From an uncultured Desulfobacter sp. (GTDB lineage Bacteria > Desulfobacterota > Desulfobacteria > Desulfobacterales > Desulfobacteraceae): a DNA stretch of 64,000 nt. Location: assembly GCA_963665095.1 (NCBI GenBank), contig OY762069.1:5408001-5472000 (forward strand). The letters are read 5' to 3'. The translations under genes and the position numbers were made by a program. A model generated the notes under the pieces. That model had not been told where the DNA came from. It ran no database searches and saw only the letters and a list, made by a program, of their open reading frames with translations. Positions 18,459-27,771 of the stretch are shown here, in pieces. How positions within the stretch are numbered: the first letter of the stretch is position 1; every line of letters begins with the position of its first letter.

Positions 18459-20840
18459 CTAATATGGCGGCGCTATGACATGAAAACAGACCTGGTCAAA
18501 ACTGCCGGATTCATCCACCACAGCCAGGCAGTATTTCCCAGGCACCGGCATGGGGATGGATAACAGAGGTTGACCTGAGGCGGTGATCAGGGGACGCTGG
18601 TTGAGAAACCACTGGCGGGCCCCCCGTCCCCCAAGAGCCCTTAAGGGAATGGAAGCGGTAGACGCCTTTCCGGGCTGGCAGGCCAGGGTGCTGCTGTCTG
18701 ATACAGAGACAATGCACAGGCCTGGCAGGGTGATGGGCGCAAGGTCCGGGCACTGGGTCGAGTCTGCCGGCAGTATAGCCCTGCGCCGCCACTGGACCGG
18801 GATAAAGGGCTCTGCCTGCCAGGGCCAGAGCGCCACGCTCTCTTTTGTAATCCCGCCGCAGGCAGGGGTGGCGCGGTTCCCCTGACTGTCCACCCAGAAG
18901 GTTCGGACCAGGGGGGCGGCAAGTCCGGTTTCGCCGGTCATGGTCAAAGGAATTTGGCCGTCAAGGAGCCAGGCCTGGTGCTTTTGGGCACAGGCTCCCC
19001 TGGCCTTACCTCTGATCCGGTGAGCAGAAAATCCGCTGGGCCAGCAGACAGTTGCCCGGGTTACACTGGCCGGGGGCTTCCGGGCACCTGCCGGGTGTTT
19101 CAGGTTTTCCATGACCCGGGCCATGAGGGGCAGGGCTGTGATGGCACCATACTGCCCCGGGGAAGGGGAGCCGTCCGGCCGGCCGATCCACACCCCCACG
19201 GTGTAATCCCCTTTCAGTCCCATGGCCCAGGCATCCCGAAATCCGTAACTGGTGCCTGTTTTCCAGGCCGTGGCCCGGGCGCCGGATAGCCTTGTCACCC
19301 CTTCCCGGCCCGGCAGGGGCCGGGACAGAATCTCCCGGATGATAAACGCCGCACCCGGGCTCATGAGATACCGCTCCTGCAATGGCTCATTCGCACTGAG
19401 CCGGGGTTTGCCGGCAATGCCGTTCCGCCCCAGGGCCGTGTAGAGGGTGACCAGGGATTCCAGTGACGTGCTTACCCCGCCCAGCGCCATGGAGAGATTG
19501 GGTTTGCCCTGGAATTCAAACCAGGCCCCGGCATGGCAGAGTTTATCGTGGAATCTGGCCGGGCCGTATGCCTCAAGCACCTGAACCGCCGGCAGGTTCA
19601 GCGAGTCCTGCAGCGCCCTTGCCACCGTGACGGGGCCTGAAAATCCATGGGTAAAATTACCGGGGTCATACACCTCTTTATACCGCGGTACATCCAGCAG
19701 CATGGCGTGGGAGTGGATCAATCCCTGATCCATGGCCAGCCCGTATATAAAGGGTTTCAGGGAGGAGCCCGGAGAGCGAAGGGCCTGGATCATGTCCACA
19801 TGTCCCTTGCGAATGGGGTCAAAGAAATCAGCAGATCCGGCATAGGCTTCGATTTCCAGGGTGTGGTGGTTTACCACCAGCACCGCCCCGGACTGCCTGG
19901 GCGGAAGTTGGGCCATAAATGTCCCTAACAGCTCTTCGATGCGCATCTGAAGTGTTTCATCAAGAAAAGAGGCGATCACAGCTGTTTCAGGATAAGTGGA
20001 TTTCAGCCGGCGGGCAGCCAGGGGTGCGGTCATGGCTGTTGGAAACCTGAAATCCAGCACCGGCTCCTGCCTGGCAGCCCTGACCTGATCCGCCGGCCAG
20101 ATGCCGAATGTCACCATGCGGTCCAGCACCTTGTCCCTGGCCTGCATGGCCCTTTGGGGATGCCGGTCCGGCCGAAACCTGGACGGGGCCTGGGGCAGCA
20201 CTGCCATAAGCGACGCTTCTGCCATGGTCAACTCACTGGCATCCTTGCCAAGCCAGGTATAGCAGGCGGCCCTGATGCCTTCGATATTGGCTCCGAAAGG
20301 GGCATGGGTCAGATAAAACCCCAGAATTTCGTCCTTGGTATAATGGCGTTCCAGCTGGAGGGCCCTGAACATCTGGCGGCATTTTACCGCGAGCCGCCTT
20401 GTAAATCCTGAAGAGGCACCCGCCTCTCCGGTCGCCTGCACATCCAGTATCCGGGCCGTCTGCATGGTCAGGGTGGAGCCCCCGGATACCACCCGGCCCC
20501 GGGCCAGGTTTTGACAAAAGGCCCGTCCCAGGGCAAAGGGGTTGATACCGGGGTGATGGTAAAACCAACAGTCCTCATAGGCCAGAAGGGCCTGGAGATA
20601 GAGCGGCGATACCTGATCCGGCATGGCCGGATAGCGCCATACCCCGCCGGGGTCGGCAAAGGCCCTCAACGGTACCTGGTGGCGGTCCACAACCACACAT
20701 GCCACGGGCCGGCCGGTGGGTGTGAAAGGAAAAAGACAGTCCAGTACAAAAAAGCAGACAAGATTTGCCAGCAGAAAGAGAAACAGAACCCGGCACATCC
20801 ATGACACCGTCCTGTTCACTCTCCTTCCAGTTTCAGGCAT
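18459..20840 (-). CDS. pbpC: Penicillin-binding protein 1C (start uncertain, 20840 or nearby)
   Basis: Transglycosylase EDCWFYHHPG and GGSTLTMQ; transpeptidase SSLK, SLN, KTGTS; C-terminal PBP1C domain; linked to alpha-2-macroglobulin. Confidence 0.9.
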   Translation of the reverse strand: MPETGRRVNRTVSWMCRVLFLFLLANLVCFFVLDCLFPFTPTGRPVACVVVDRHQVPLRAFADPGGVWRYPAMPDQVSPLYLQALLAYEDCWFYHHPGINPFALGRAFCQNLARGRVVSGGSTLTMQTARILDVQATGEAGASSGFTRRLAVKCRQMFRALQLERHYTKDEILGFYLTHAPFGANIEGIRAACYTWLGKDASELTMAEASLMAVLPQAPSRFRPDRHPQRAMQARDKVLDRMVTFGIWPADQVRAARQEPVLDFRFPTAMTAPLAARRLKSTYPETAVIASFLDETLQMRIEELLGTFMAQLPPRQSGAVLVVNHHTLEIEAYAGSADFFDPIRKGHVDMIQALRSPGSSLKPFIYGLAMDQGLIHSHAMLLDVPRYKEVYDPGNFTHGFSGPVTVARALQDSLNLPAVQVLEAYGPARFHDKLCHAGAWFEFQGKPNLSMALGGVSTSLESLVTLYTALGRNGIAGKPRLSANEPLQERYLMSPGAAFIIREILSRPLPGREGVTRLSGARATAWKTGTSYGFRDAWAMGLKGDYTVGVWIGRPDGSPSPGQYGAITALPLMARVMENLKHPAGARKPPASVTRATVCWPSGFSAHRIRGKARGACAQKHQAWLLDGQIPLTMTGETGLAAPLVRTFWVDSQGNRATPACGGITKESVALWPWQAEPFIPVQWRRRAILPADSTQCPDLAPITLPGLCIVSVSDSSTLACQPGKASTASIPLRALGGRGARQWFLNQRPLITASGQPLLSIPMPVPGKYCLAVVDESGSFDQVCFHVIAPPY

Positions 20841-21108
20841 TGGCCAGAACGATCTCAAATCCCGGGAATTCCGCCTGGAACGCTTTTTTCAGCTGGGCTT
20901 CAACATCGCCCAGAACAGCCAGGTTCATCACAGCGCAACAGGCTTTGGGCGTGGTCAGACACTTCAGAAAAAGGGTCAGTGTCTGTTTCTCTTTGTTAAT
21001 CCTGACCCGGGTGACCAGTCCGAGCTGGGCAATGGTCAGCCCGGACCCGGTCTCTTTGACCCGGTCCAGGATCTGATCAATTTTCTCCTGAATGGTACTG
21101 TCTGCCAT
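20833..21108 (-). CDS. Small DUF59/MIP18-like (Fe-S assembly-type) protein
   Basis: L.RVKET.SGLTIAQLGLV..V and LTTPKACC resemble the DUF59 pattern V.DPE...IVDLGL...LTTP.CP; RBS AAGGTG. Confidence 0.6.
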   Translation of the reverse strand: MADSTIQEKIDQILDRVKETGSGLTIAQLGLVTRVRINKEKQTLTLFLKCLTTPKACCAVMNLAVLGDVEAQLKKAFQAEFPGFEIVLANA

Positions 21109-21187
21109 TATATCACCTTTAAAAAAATCTTATTTCCGGACAGATCATAAATAATGCGTCTGCTGCTCTCCGGCAACCGGCCTTTTT

Positions 21188-24100
21188 CTATGGGGCCTTG
21201 GTCGTTCCGGGTGACACCACCCGGGTATTGGTAATGGTTTTACCCACGCCCCGGATATAGGGCTGGTACATATCTTCCACCATGGGCGGCGGCACCTTGA
21301 ACAGGCCCGGACTGACCGCCCGCACCGCATAAAAGATTCGCCAGGCCGTGTATCTTTCCAGATTCAGGGCCGCAATAAACCGGTCGTCCCGGTACTCTGT
21401 ATGGGCTGTGGTATATCTTTGGTGCCACTGGGCGATGGTTTTATTTTCCACCCTGATGTCGTCGATGAGAAAGGCACCAGACACATTGGGATCTTCCAGT
21501 TCAAATCCGGCCGGCAGCATATCCACCACCAGGGCATGGGGCATCACCCGTTCCGGTTTGATTTTTATTTCCACAATTATGCGATCCCCGGAGGTGACCC
21601 TGGAGATATCCACAGGCTCTCCTCTGGTGTTCAGAAAGCGCCGGGAAATTTCCACATGGCTGTCCCGGGGTGCCGGCAGGGTATTGGGATATCCGGTGAG
21701 CACCAGATCCATATAAAGGTCGGACGCCCCTGTATTTGCGATTTTAAACCCTTTAGCCGAGGTTCCCCCGGTAAAGATGAGCCGCCCTGGCCCCTTTTGT
21801 CCATGGGCGCCGGTCTCTTTCCCCACGGTCACGTCCGCAGACCAGGCCCCGGCCGGATGGGCCAGTTTGGCTGCCCCGGCCATCACCAGGCTGTTGCGCT
21901 CCTGGGTGGAGAGCCACTGCCTGTCAGCCAGGGCCGCTGCCAGATCATGCAGGAATACAGCCCGGTACCTGTAATCGGGAAACCAGGTGGTGACATAGTA
22001 AAAGGCGGCAGCCAGGTCACGGACATTGGAGCCGTAATCTCCTGGATACAGGTGTTCATCCCGCCGGATTTTAAGTGCCCTGTCAAAGAGCTTGAACGCG
22101 CCGGTCTGGTCTCCGGCAAGTCCTAGGGCTGCGCCGGCATGTACCAGGCTTAAGGGGGTGGGATCATTTTTTTCCGTATAGGATGCCACGCTTCTGGCCT
22201 CTGTCAGTCCAAGGCTTCCCCCCCGTGCAAGGACAAAGGCGGCGTAGGCTCTTGCGGCCGGTCTCAGGGCGCTGCTGTCGGAATACCCCGGGCATGGAAT
22301 GACCTTGGGCCTGCGGACATAAGCTGCCAGCCGTTTGATGGCATTTTGGGCCGCACTGACAGGGATGTTATACCCGGCATCCAGCGCTTCACACATGAAA
22401 TGGGCCGCGTAGGCGGTGAGCCAGGGGCTTTCAGGGCTATGGGCACTCCACAGGCCGAAACCGCCCGAGCTTTTCTGTTTTTCGAGCAGGCGCTGGATGC
22501 CGGAACGAATCCTGTCACGGATCTCCTCCGGCGTACCTGTGACAATGCCCAGCCGGACAAATTCATCATAGGAGAGCAGCACATGGGGAAACATGCCGGA
22601 TACTGTCTGCTCAAGGCAGCCGTATGGGTATGCCAGCAGTTCGCTGACATGCTGGGATAAATTTATTGGCGGTTCGGCATCCAGGCTTGCCAGCACTGTG
22701 GCTGTGGCCGGGACCAGGGCGTTAAGCGCCGCAGTGTCCATGGAAAAGGTCTGGCCTGGCTTAAGAAACTTCTGCCATGTCCGGGTCTGGGGCGGATAGG
22801 GAGACCTGGTTTCCAGAAACCAGGATTTGGTGATTTCCGGGGAAATGCCCTGGCCCTGGATCCCTGAAATCCGGCAGGTGATGTATGACCGGCCGGTTAA
22901 TGTGCCCGCCTGGACCGGCAGCTTTATACCGGTGTGCTGGGACGCGGCAAGGGTGATGACTTGACGGGTTTCACCTGTAAAGGAGATGGGCCCTGATATT
23001 TCTGCATCCAGCGTCAGAGTCTGGGATATATCTGTCAGATTGTTGATATCGAGCATGATATTGGCCTGGTCTCCGCAGGCCAGAAATCTGGGCATGGTGA
23101 CCTGAACCACAACAGGAGATGCCAGAATCATTTCCCTGTGGCCGGATCCGAAATCCCTGTCCGTATGGGCGATGGCCATCAGGCGCACCCGTCCGTCAAA
23201 ATCAGGCAGATCCAGATGAAACATCGCCTTACCCTGATCATCCGCATCCACAACCATTTTGTGGATGGCCAGGATCTGCACATCGGTGGATGGCCTGTCT
23301 CCGCCCCGGGTCAGCGTGGCAGCCCCGCCGCCAAATCGCATTTTAGCGTATTCCCCGTCTGCTGCTTCAATCAGTCTCTGGTAAATGTCCTGAAGCCGGG
23401 GGCTGTATTTTCTGGCCTGGAAGAAATAGCCAAAGGGGTCCGGGGTTGGAAATCCTGTGAGGTTTAATATGCCCACATCCACGGCAGCCAGGGTCACCAT
23501 GGCGTTTTGGGCGGGGGTCCCGTCTGCCCGGGTCAGGTCTATGGTGACATCCACGGTGCGGTTGGGTTCTGTTTTATCAGGGGCATGGATCTGGACCCCC
23601 AGGCGCCGGTCCGTACGGTCCAGGGGCAGATGAATGAGCCCCACGGACCGTTTGGGCAGCCGGGCGGCTTTACTCTCTTTGGGCCGTATGACCAGGGCCG
23701 AGACATAAATATCGTGCCGGGTCCAGTCCGGGTCAATGGCGATGGAGAAGGTTTTTCCTTCCGCTGGTACGGTGACGGGCAGTGTCAGAAGGTTGTCTGC
23801 CGCATCCACAAATAAAAAACCTTTCCCCCCCTGGGGGGCTTTGACCGTGACCTGTGCCGTATCCCCGGCCCGGTAGCCGGGTTTATCCAGGCTTAAGTCC
23901 ACCCGGTCCGGACGGTTCATGTCTTCCTGTACCATGCCCCGGGGCCGCCAGCCCGCCCAGATGCTGCGGGCGGACGTGAGCCCGGTATCGGGGTTGAAAA
24001 TTTCCAGGCGGTATCCTCCCCATTCCACAGGGATGGTGACCGTTGCCCGGCCCTGGTCGTCCAGTGCCAGATCAAACCGGTCAATGGGATAGAACTGGCT

Positions 24101-26035
24101 GTTGGCGCCCCAGTGCCACTCCCCGTTTTTATATTCCCAGTAGTACTCCCGATGTTCGCGGATCACCGTTGCTTTCAGACCCTTTGCCGCTTTCAGGTTG
24201 CCCCGGCTGTCGGTGAGAATAACTTCAAACTGTGCATCTGCCTTGCCAGGTACCTGGTCCGGCTCATCTTGGGTTCCGGACAGGTTGCGTATCCCCACCA
24301 GGGTCCGGCCCGGCCAGACCTGCCAGGAATTGCTTCTGACAACCGGCCGTTCCCCGGAATCATAGAGACTGACAATGGCGGTGATCCAGTGTGGTGAGGT
24401 GACCTTTTCCCACTGGTTGTCCACCTCGATCACGCCTTTTCCCGTATCATCCAGGCGGATGTCATCTGTTGTGATGGTGGTATTGACAAGCCCGGTAATT
24501 CCGCCGAACTCAAATCCCGGCCATTTATCCTTGAACAGCTCTCTGGCCGGTTTGATATGGACAATGGCATTGGCCCGGCTCCCGCTGGCAGGTGCCCCGT
24601 AGAGAAAATCCCCCTGGATGGAGATGGTCAGATCGTCATTCGGGGAAAGAACTGGCGGCTGCGTCTCATCAAAGGCAAGTTTCATACGTTCGGGCAGGAA
24701 CTCGGACACCAGAAAGGAATAGTTGTCAAATTCCGTGTTGCCATGGGTGAGACCGACCTCCCACTGGCCGGTGAGTGCGTTGCCCGGCAGTTGAAAACTG
24801 GTGCTGAAGTGACCGCCTTTGCCGGGCTTCCAGGAAAATTCCCGGATAATCCGGCCGTCGGGCTGACGCACTTTTGCTGTGATGGTCATGCCAGGCAGCT
24901 TCTCCGCGTCCTGATTTCTGAGAATGCCGTCCATGATAACAGTTTCCCCGGGGCGATAAATATCCCTGGGGCCGTACACAAAAAGTTCTGCGGGCCGGAA
25001 CAGGGCCGAGCCTGTTGTAAATTCCGACAGGTCAAGCCCGGGAGTGTCCATGGCCATCAGGCTGATATGGTCTTTTTTTGTGACCGAGACCAGATTCAGG
25101 CCTTCAAAGGCTCCTTTGGCTATGGATACGCCGGCCTTGTCTGACAACAGATCAAACAACAGTTTTCCGTTTTCGCCAAAGCCTTTGATCTGAGCTTTTT
25201 TCACAGGTTCAGCCGTTGCAAGGCTCTGGATAAAAAAGCGGATGGATTTTTCATACACTCTGGCATGAACCCCCAGATCGGAAATGGTGAACCAGGTCAT
25301 GCGGTATCCATATTCATACTGACCTGCCCCCCGGAGCACGGCAATGTAAATACCAGGTTTTTTTAACTCATTGATATGGGTGATGGGAATGTTGACCTGG
25401 GTGCGCAGATCTTTTTGAATATTGAGATCCCACCTGCCGGAATAGACAAGGTCCGCTGTTTTTGTCAGTTCATCTGTATGGTAATATCTCAGAAAGCTTT
25501 CAGACCAGAATTCCTCTTTAAAATTATTGATTTTATCCGGTTTGACCCTGAAAAAGTCAATGTCTGCCTGCTTGATATTCAGGCTGTCCACAGGCAGCCC
25601 TTTTACCAGATCCGCTGCCAGGACAAACCCTCTGGAGCCAAAGGAGATCATGGGTTTTGCCGACCGGGTGGTAATCTCGTACACGGTGTCATCTGCCAGG
25701 GGGGTGCCCGAGGCAGGGGAAAGCCCTTTTCTCACATGGATGGTGTAGGTGGTGTCCGGTTCAATCTGGGTGAAATAGACCGTCTTGGGATCTTTGGCCA
25801 GCATCCAGGCGCCGTCCACAGCCTTGTCCTCTTCTCTGGATAGACTAAAGTAGGGACTTAAATCCTGTTTTTCATCCAGGGGCAGGGAGAAGGTGACGGC
25901 CAGGGCGTTTTTCCCGTCCACGGTCTGCTGGCCTGCAAAGCTGGCTGTCAGTTCGTCGGCCAGGACGGTTTTTTGAAAAATAATAACAGACAGAAAAAAT
26001 AAAACCGGTAATATACACAGGCGAAAACGATTCAT
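21188..26035 (-). CDS. yfhM: Bacterial alpha-2-macroglobulin (YfhM-like)
   Basis: Thioester motif PYGCLEQ, R..YRPGE, EFLPERM, AAVDVGIL..T, PDF.G..R.MA, DMLPAG.E, RDDRF; start ATG 26035 with RBS AAGGA. Confidence 0.95.
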   Translation of the reverse strand: MNRFRLCILPVLFFLSVIIFQKTVLADELTASFAGQQTVDGKNALAVTFSLPLDEKQDLSPYFSLSREEDKAVDGAWMLAKDPKTVYFTQIEPDTTYTIHVRKGLSPASGTPLADDTVYEITTRSAKPMISFGSRGFVLAADLVKGLPVDSLNIKQADIDFFRVKPDKINNFKEEFWSESFLRYYHTDELTKTADLVYSGRWDLNIQKDLRTQVNIPITHINELKKPGIYIAVLRGAGQYEYGYRMTWFTISDLGVHARVYEKSIRFFIQSLATAEPVKKAQIKGFGENGKLLFDLLSDKAGVSIAKGAFEGLNLVSVTKKDHISLMAMDTPGLDLSEFTTGSALFRPAELFVYGPRDIYRPGETVIMDGILRNQDAEKLPGMTITAKVRQPDGRIIREFSWKPGKGGHFSTSFQLPGNALTGQWEVGLTHGNTEFDNYSFLVSEFLPERMKLAFDETQPPVLSPNDDLTISIQGDFLYGAPASGSRANAIVHIKPARELFKDKWPGFEFGGITGLVNTTITTDDIRLDDTGKGVIEVDNQWEKVTSPHWITAIVSLYDSGERPVVRSNSWQVWPGRTLVGIRNLSGTQDEPDQVPGKADAQFEVILTDSRGNLKAAKGLKATVIREHREYYWEYKNGEWHWGANSQFYPIDRFDLALDDQGRATVTIPVEWGGYRLEIFNPDTGLTSARSIWAGWRPRGMVQEDMNRPDRVDLSLDKPGYRAGDTAQVTVKAPQGGKGFLFVDAADNLLTLPVTVPAEGKTFSIAIDPDWTRHDIYVSALVIRPKESKAARLPKRSVGLIHLPLDRTDRRLGVQIHAPDKTEPNRTVDVTIDLTRADGTPAQNAMVTLAAVDVGILNLTGFPTPDPFGYFFQARKYSPRLQDIYQRLIEAADGEYAKMRFGGGAATLTRGGDRPSTDVQILAIHKMVVDADDQGKAMFHLDLPDFDGRVRLMAIAHTDRDFGSGHREMILASPVVVQVTMPRFLACGDQANIMLDINNLTDISQTLTLDAEISGPISFTGETRQVITLAASQHTGIKLPVQAGTLTGRSYITCRISGIQGQGISPEITKSWFLETRSPYPPQTRTWQKFLKPGQTFSMDTAALNALVPATATVLASLDAEPPINLSQHVSELLAYPYGCLEQTVSGMFPHVLLSYDEFVRLGIVTGTPEEIRDRIRSGIQRLLEKQKSSGGFGLWSAHSPESPWLTAYAAHFMCEALDAGYNIPVSAAQNAIKRLAAYVRRPKVIPCPGYSDSSALRPAARAYAAFVLARGGSLGLTEARSVASYTEKNDPTPLSLVHAGAALGLAGDQTGAFKLFDRALKIRRDEHLYPGDYGSNVRDLAAAFYYVTTWFPDYRYRAVFLHDLAAALADRQWLSTQERNSLVMAGAAKLAHPAGAWSADVTVGKETGAHGQKGPGRLIFTGGTSAKGFKIANTGASDLYMDLVLTGYPNTLPAPRDSHVEISRRFLNTRGEPVDISRVTSGDRIIVEIKIKPERVMPHALVVDMLPAGFELEDPNVSGAFLIDDIRVENKTIAQWHQRYTTAHTEYRDDRFIAALNLERYTAWRIFYAVRAVSPGLFKVPPPMVEDMYQPYIRGVGKTITNTRVVSPGTTKAP

Positions 26036-26193
26036 GGCATTGTCCTTTTTGTGCCCCTCGCCGGTACATGTAACGGATCGTGTTTTCCGGCACAACAGAA
26101 ACTTAAAAAGGCCCGGGGCGGTATTTTAAGTCACGGATAAAAAAATTTTATCCCATTTTACCGTTGAGTGGGCCTGGAAGCAATACAGGTAAT

Positions 26194-27000
26194 TTAAAAT
26201 TTCAATCTGTAAAAGTGCATGATCATTTTTTCAAACCAGCGGCCGGGCATGATCTTTTTTATTTCAGGGGAGAGCTTTTCCATGGGTGATCCGATTTTGT
26301 ACCTGAGTCTTGGGTGTCTGGCCTCAATAATTGAATGGATCAAAGGACCCATTTTTTCAGGGGAGGGCGCCTCTTCCACCTGGATTGTGGCCAGTTGTCC
26401 CAGTACGGTGCAAATGTCCTTGTACGGGGATTTGGGCGGCAGGCTGGCATCTGACCGGTTTCTTCCAATGTCTGTTGAAAAATCCCCGGGTTCAACCAGG
26501 CATACCCGGATGTTAAACGGCTTGACCTCCATGCTCAAGGCTTCTGTCAACCCTTCCACCGCGAATTTACTGGCGGAATAGACCCCCCTGAAGGGCAGCC
26601 CCAAAAGACCGCCAATGGAGCTGGTATTGATAATCAACCCCTCATTTTGTTTTCTCATCCAGGGCAGTACGGTTCTACAGAGGCGAAGGACACCGAAAAA
26701 ATTTGTTTCCATGATGTCCCTGATGATCTGTTCGGAGGTCTCTTCTATAGGCCCCACCGAGGAGATCCCGGCGTTGTTGATAAGCACATCAATGCGTCCG
26801 GACCGGGCAATGACTGTATCCACGGCCCGCTGAACCGATTCCTGGTCTCTGACATCCATGGGCAGAAGGGTGAAGGGACTGGTGTGATTCTTTTCCCCCC
26901 TTGACGTACCGTACACTGTGAATCCTTTGGAAGCCAGAAACAGGGCAATTGTTTTACCGAAACCCAAGGATGCCCCTGTGATCAAGACTATTTTGTTCAT
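26194..27000 (-). CDS. Short-chain dehydrogenase/reductase
   Basis: TGASLGFG, NNAG, YSASK, VEPG. Confidence 0.9.
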   Translation of the reverse strand: MNKIVLITGASLGFGKTIALFLASKGFTVYGTSRGEKNHTSPFTLLPMDVRDQESVQRAVDTVIARSGRIDVLINNAGISSVGPIEETSEQIIRDIMETNFFGVLRLCRTVLPWMRKQNEGLIINTSSIGGLLGLPFRGVYSASKFAVEGLTEALSMEVKPFNIRVCLVEPGDFSTDIGRNRSDASLPPKSPYKDICTVLGQLATIQVEEAPSPEKMGPLIHSIIEARHPRLRYKIGSPMEKLSPEIKKIMPGRWFEKMIMHFYRLKF

Positions 27001-27033
27001 TATCAGTATCCTTTCAGTAGTGTATCCGTCTGC

Positions 27034-27761
27034 TTAATAGCGTATCTGTCTGCCCAGAATCAGCATGGCTGCCGCACCCACCACCAGTACACCCGAAAGG
27101 GCGGCAATGCCTGAGGTGTAACTGCCGGTGGCCGAGACGATCGTGCCCACCAGCACAGGTCCGGCACCCCCGCCGATGAGCATGGCCATGCCGTTGTATA
27201 TTCCTGTGCCTGCCCCGATGATCTGTCGTGGAATGATCCGCTGGATTATGGCAAGCCCTTTGGCTTTGGTAAAATAGGTGGGCAGCCAGGTGATCATGCC
27301 AAAGGAGACCACATTGTTGCAGATTCCCCCTGTCATGGCCAGCCAGAAGAACGGTCTTTTGGCCAGTGCGCGTAAGCTTTGAAAAAATGGATTCCCTCGC
27401 TCAGCCCGAGAAGAAGACGCAGTGCAATAAAGAGGCTGAAGGTCCTGCCCAGAGGCGACTGAATATAGGTGAACAGGGAAAAAAGCAGTACAATCACCAT
27501 CAGGCTTTTCCTGGGTCCTGCTTTTTCCCCGACAGGGCTCAGGAAAATATTGGCAATTCCGTATCCCACAAAAAAGATGCTCATTAAAAGTCCGCCGTAT
27601 TTCCCGGTCTCCTCCACACCCCAGCCATAGTCCCTTGCAATCATGGGAAGGGCATAGGAGATATTCATCCGGTCCAGATAGGAGACCAGTACTGTGATAA
27701 GAAGCACAACGGGAATCTGCCACCGGATATTTTTCCCCTCGCCTTTGCCGGAAGGTGTCAT
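27034..27761 (-). pseudogene. MFS transporter (ACS-like) pseudogene with a frameshift and two internal deletions
   Basis: N-terminal frame (SYLDRMNIS...RLLLGLSEGIHF) switches at the A6 run 27382-27387 to a second frame (FQSLRALAKRPFFW...TWLPTYF..KGL|AIIQRIIP...GTGIYNG). The total of 728 bp is far short of a 12-TM MFS. Confidence 0.85.
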
Positions 27762-27771
27762 TGTATTATCC

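Noticed and set aside
26101..26153. Two short palindromes upstream of alpha-2-macroglobulin (ACTTAAAA/TTTTAAGT; GGATAAAA/TTTTATCC)
   Set aside because: AT-rich 8-bp arms; cannot distinguish operator, terminator or chance
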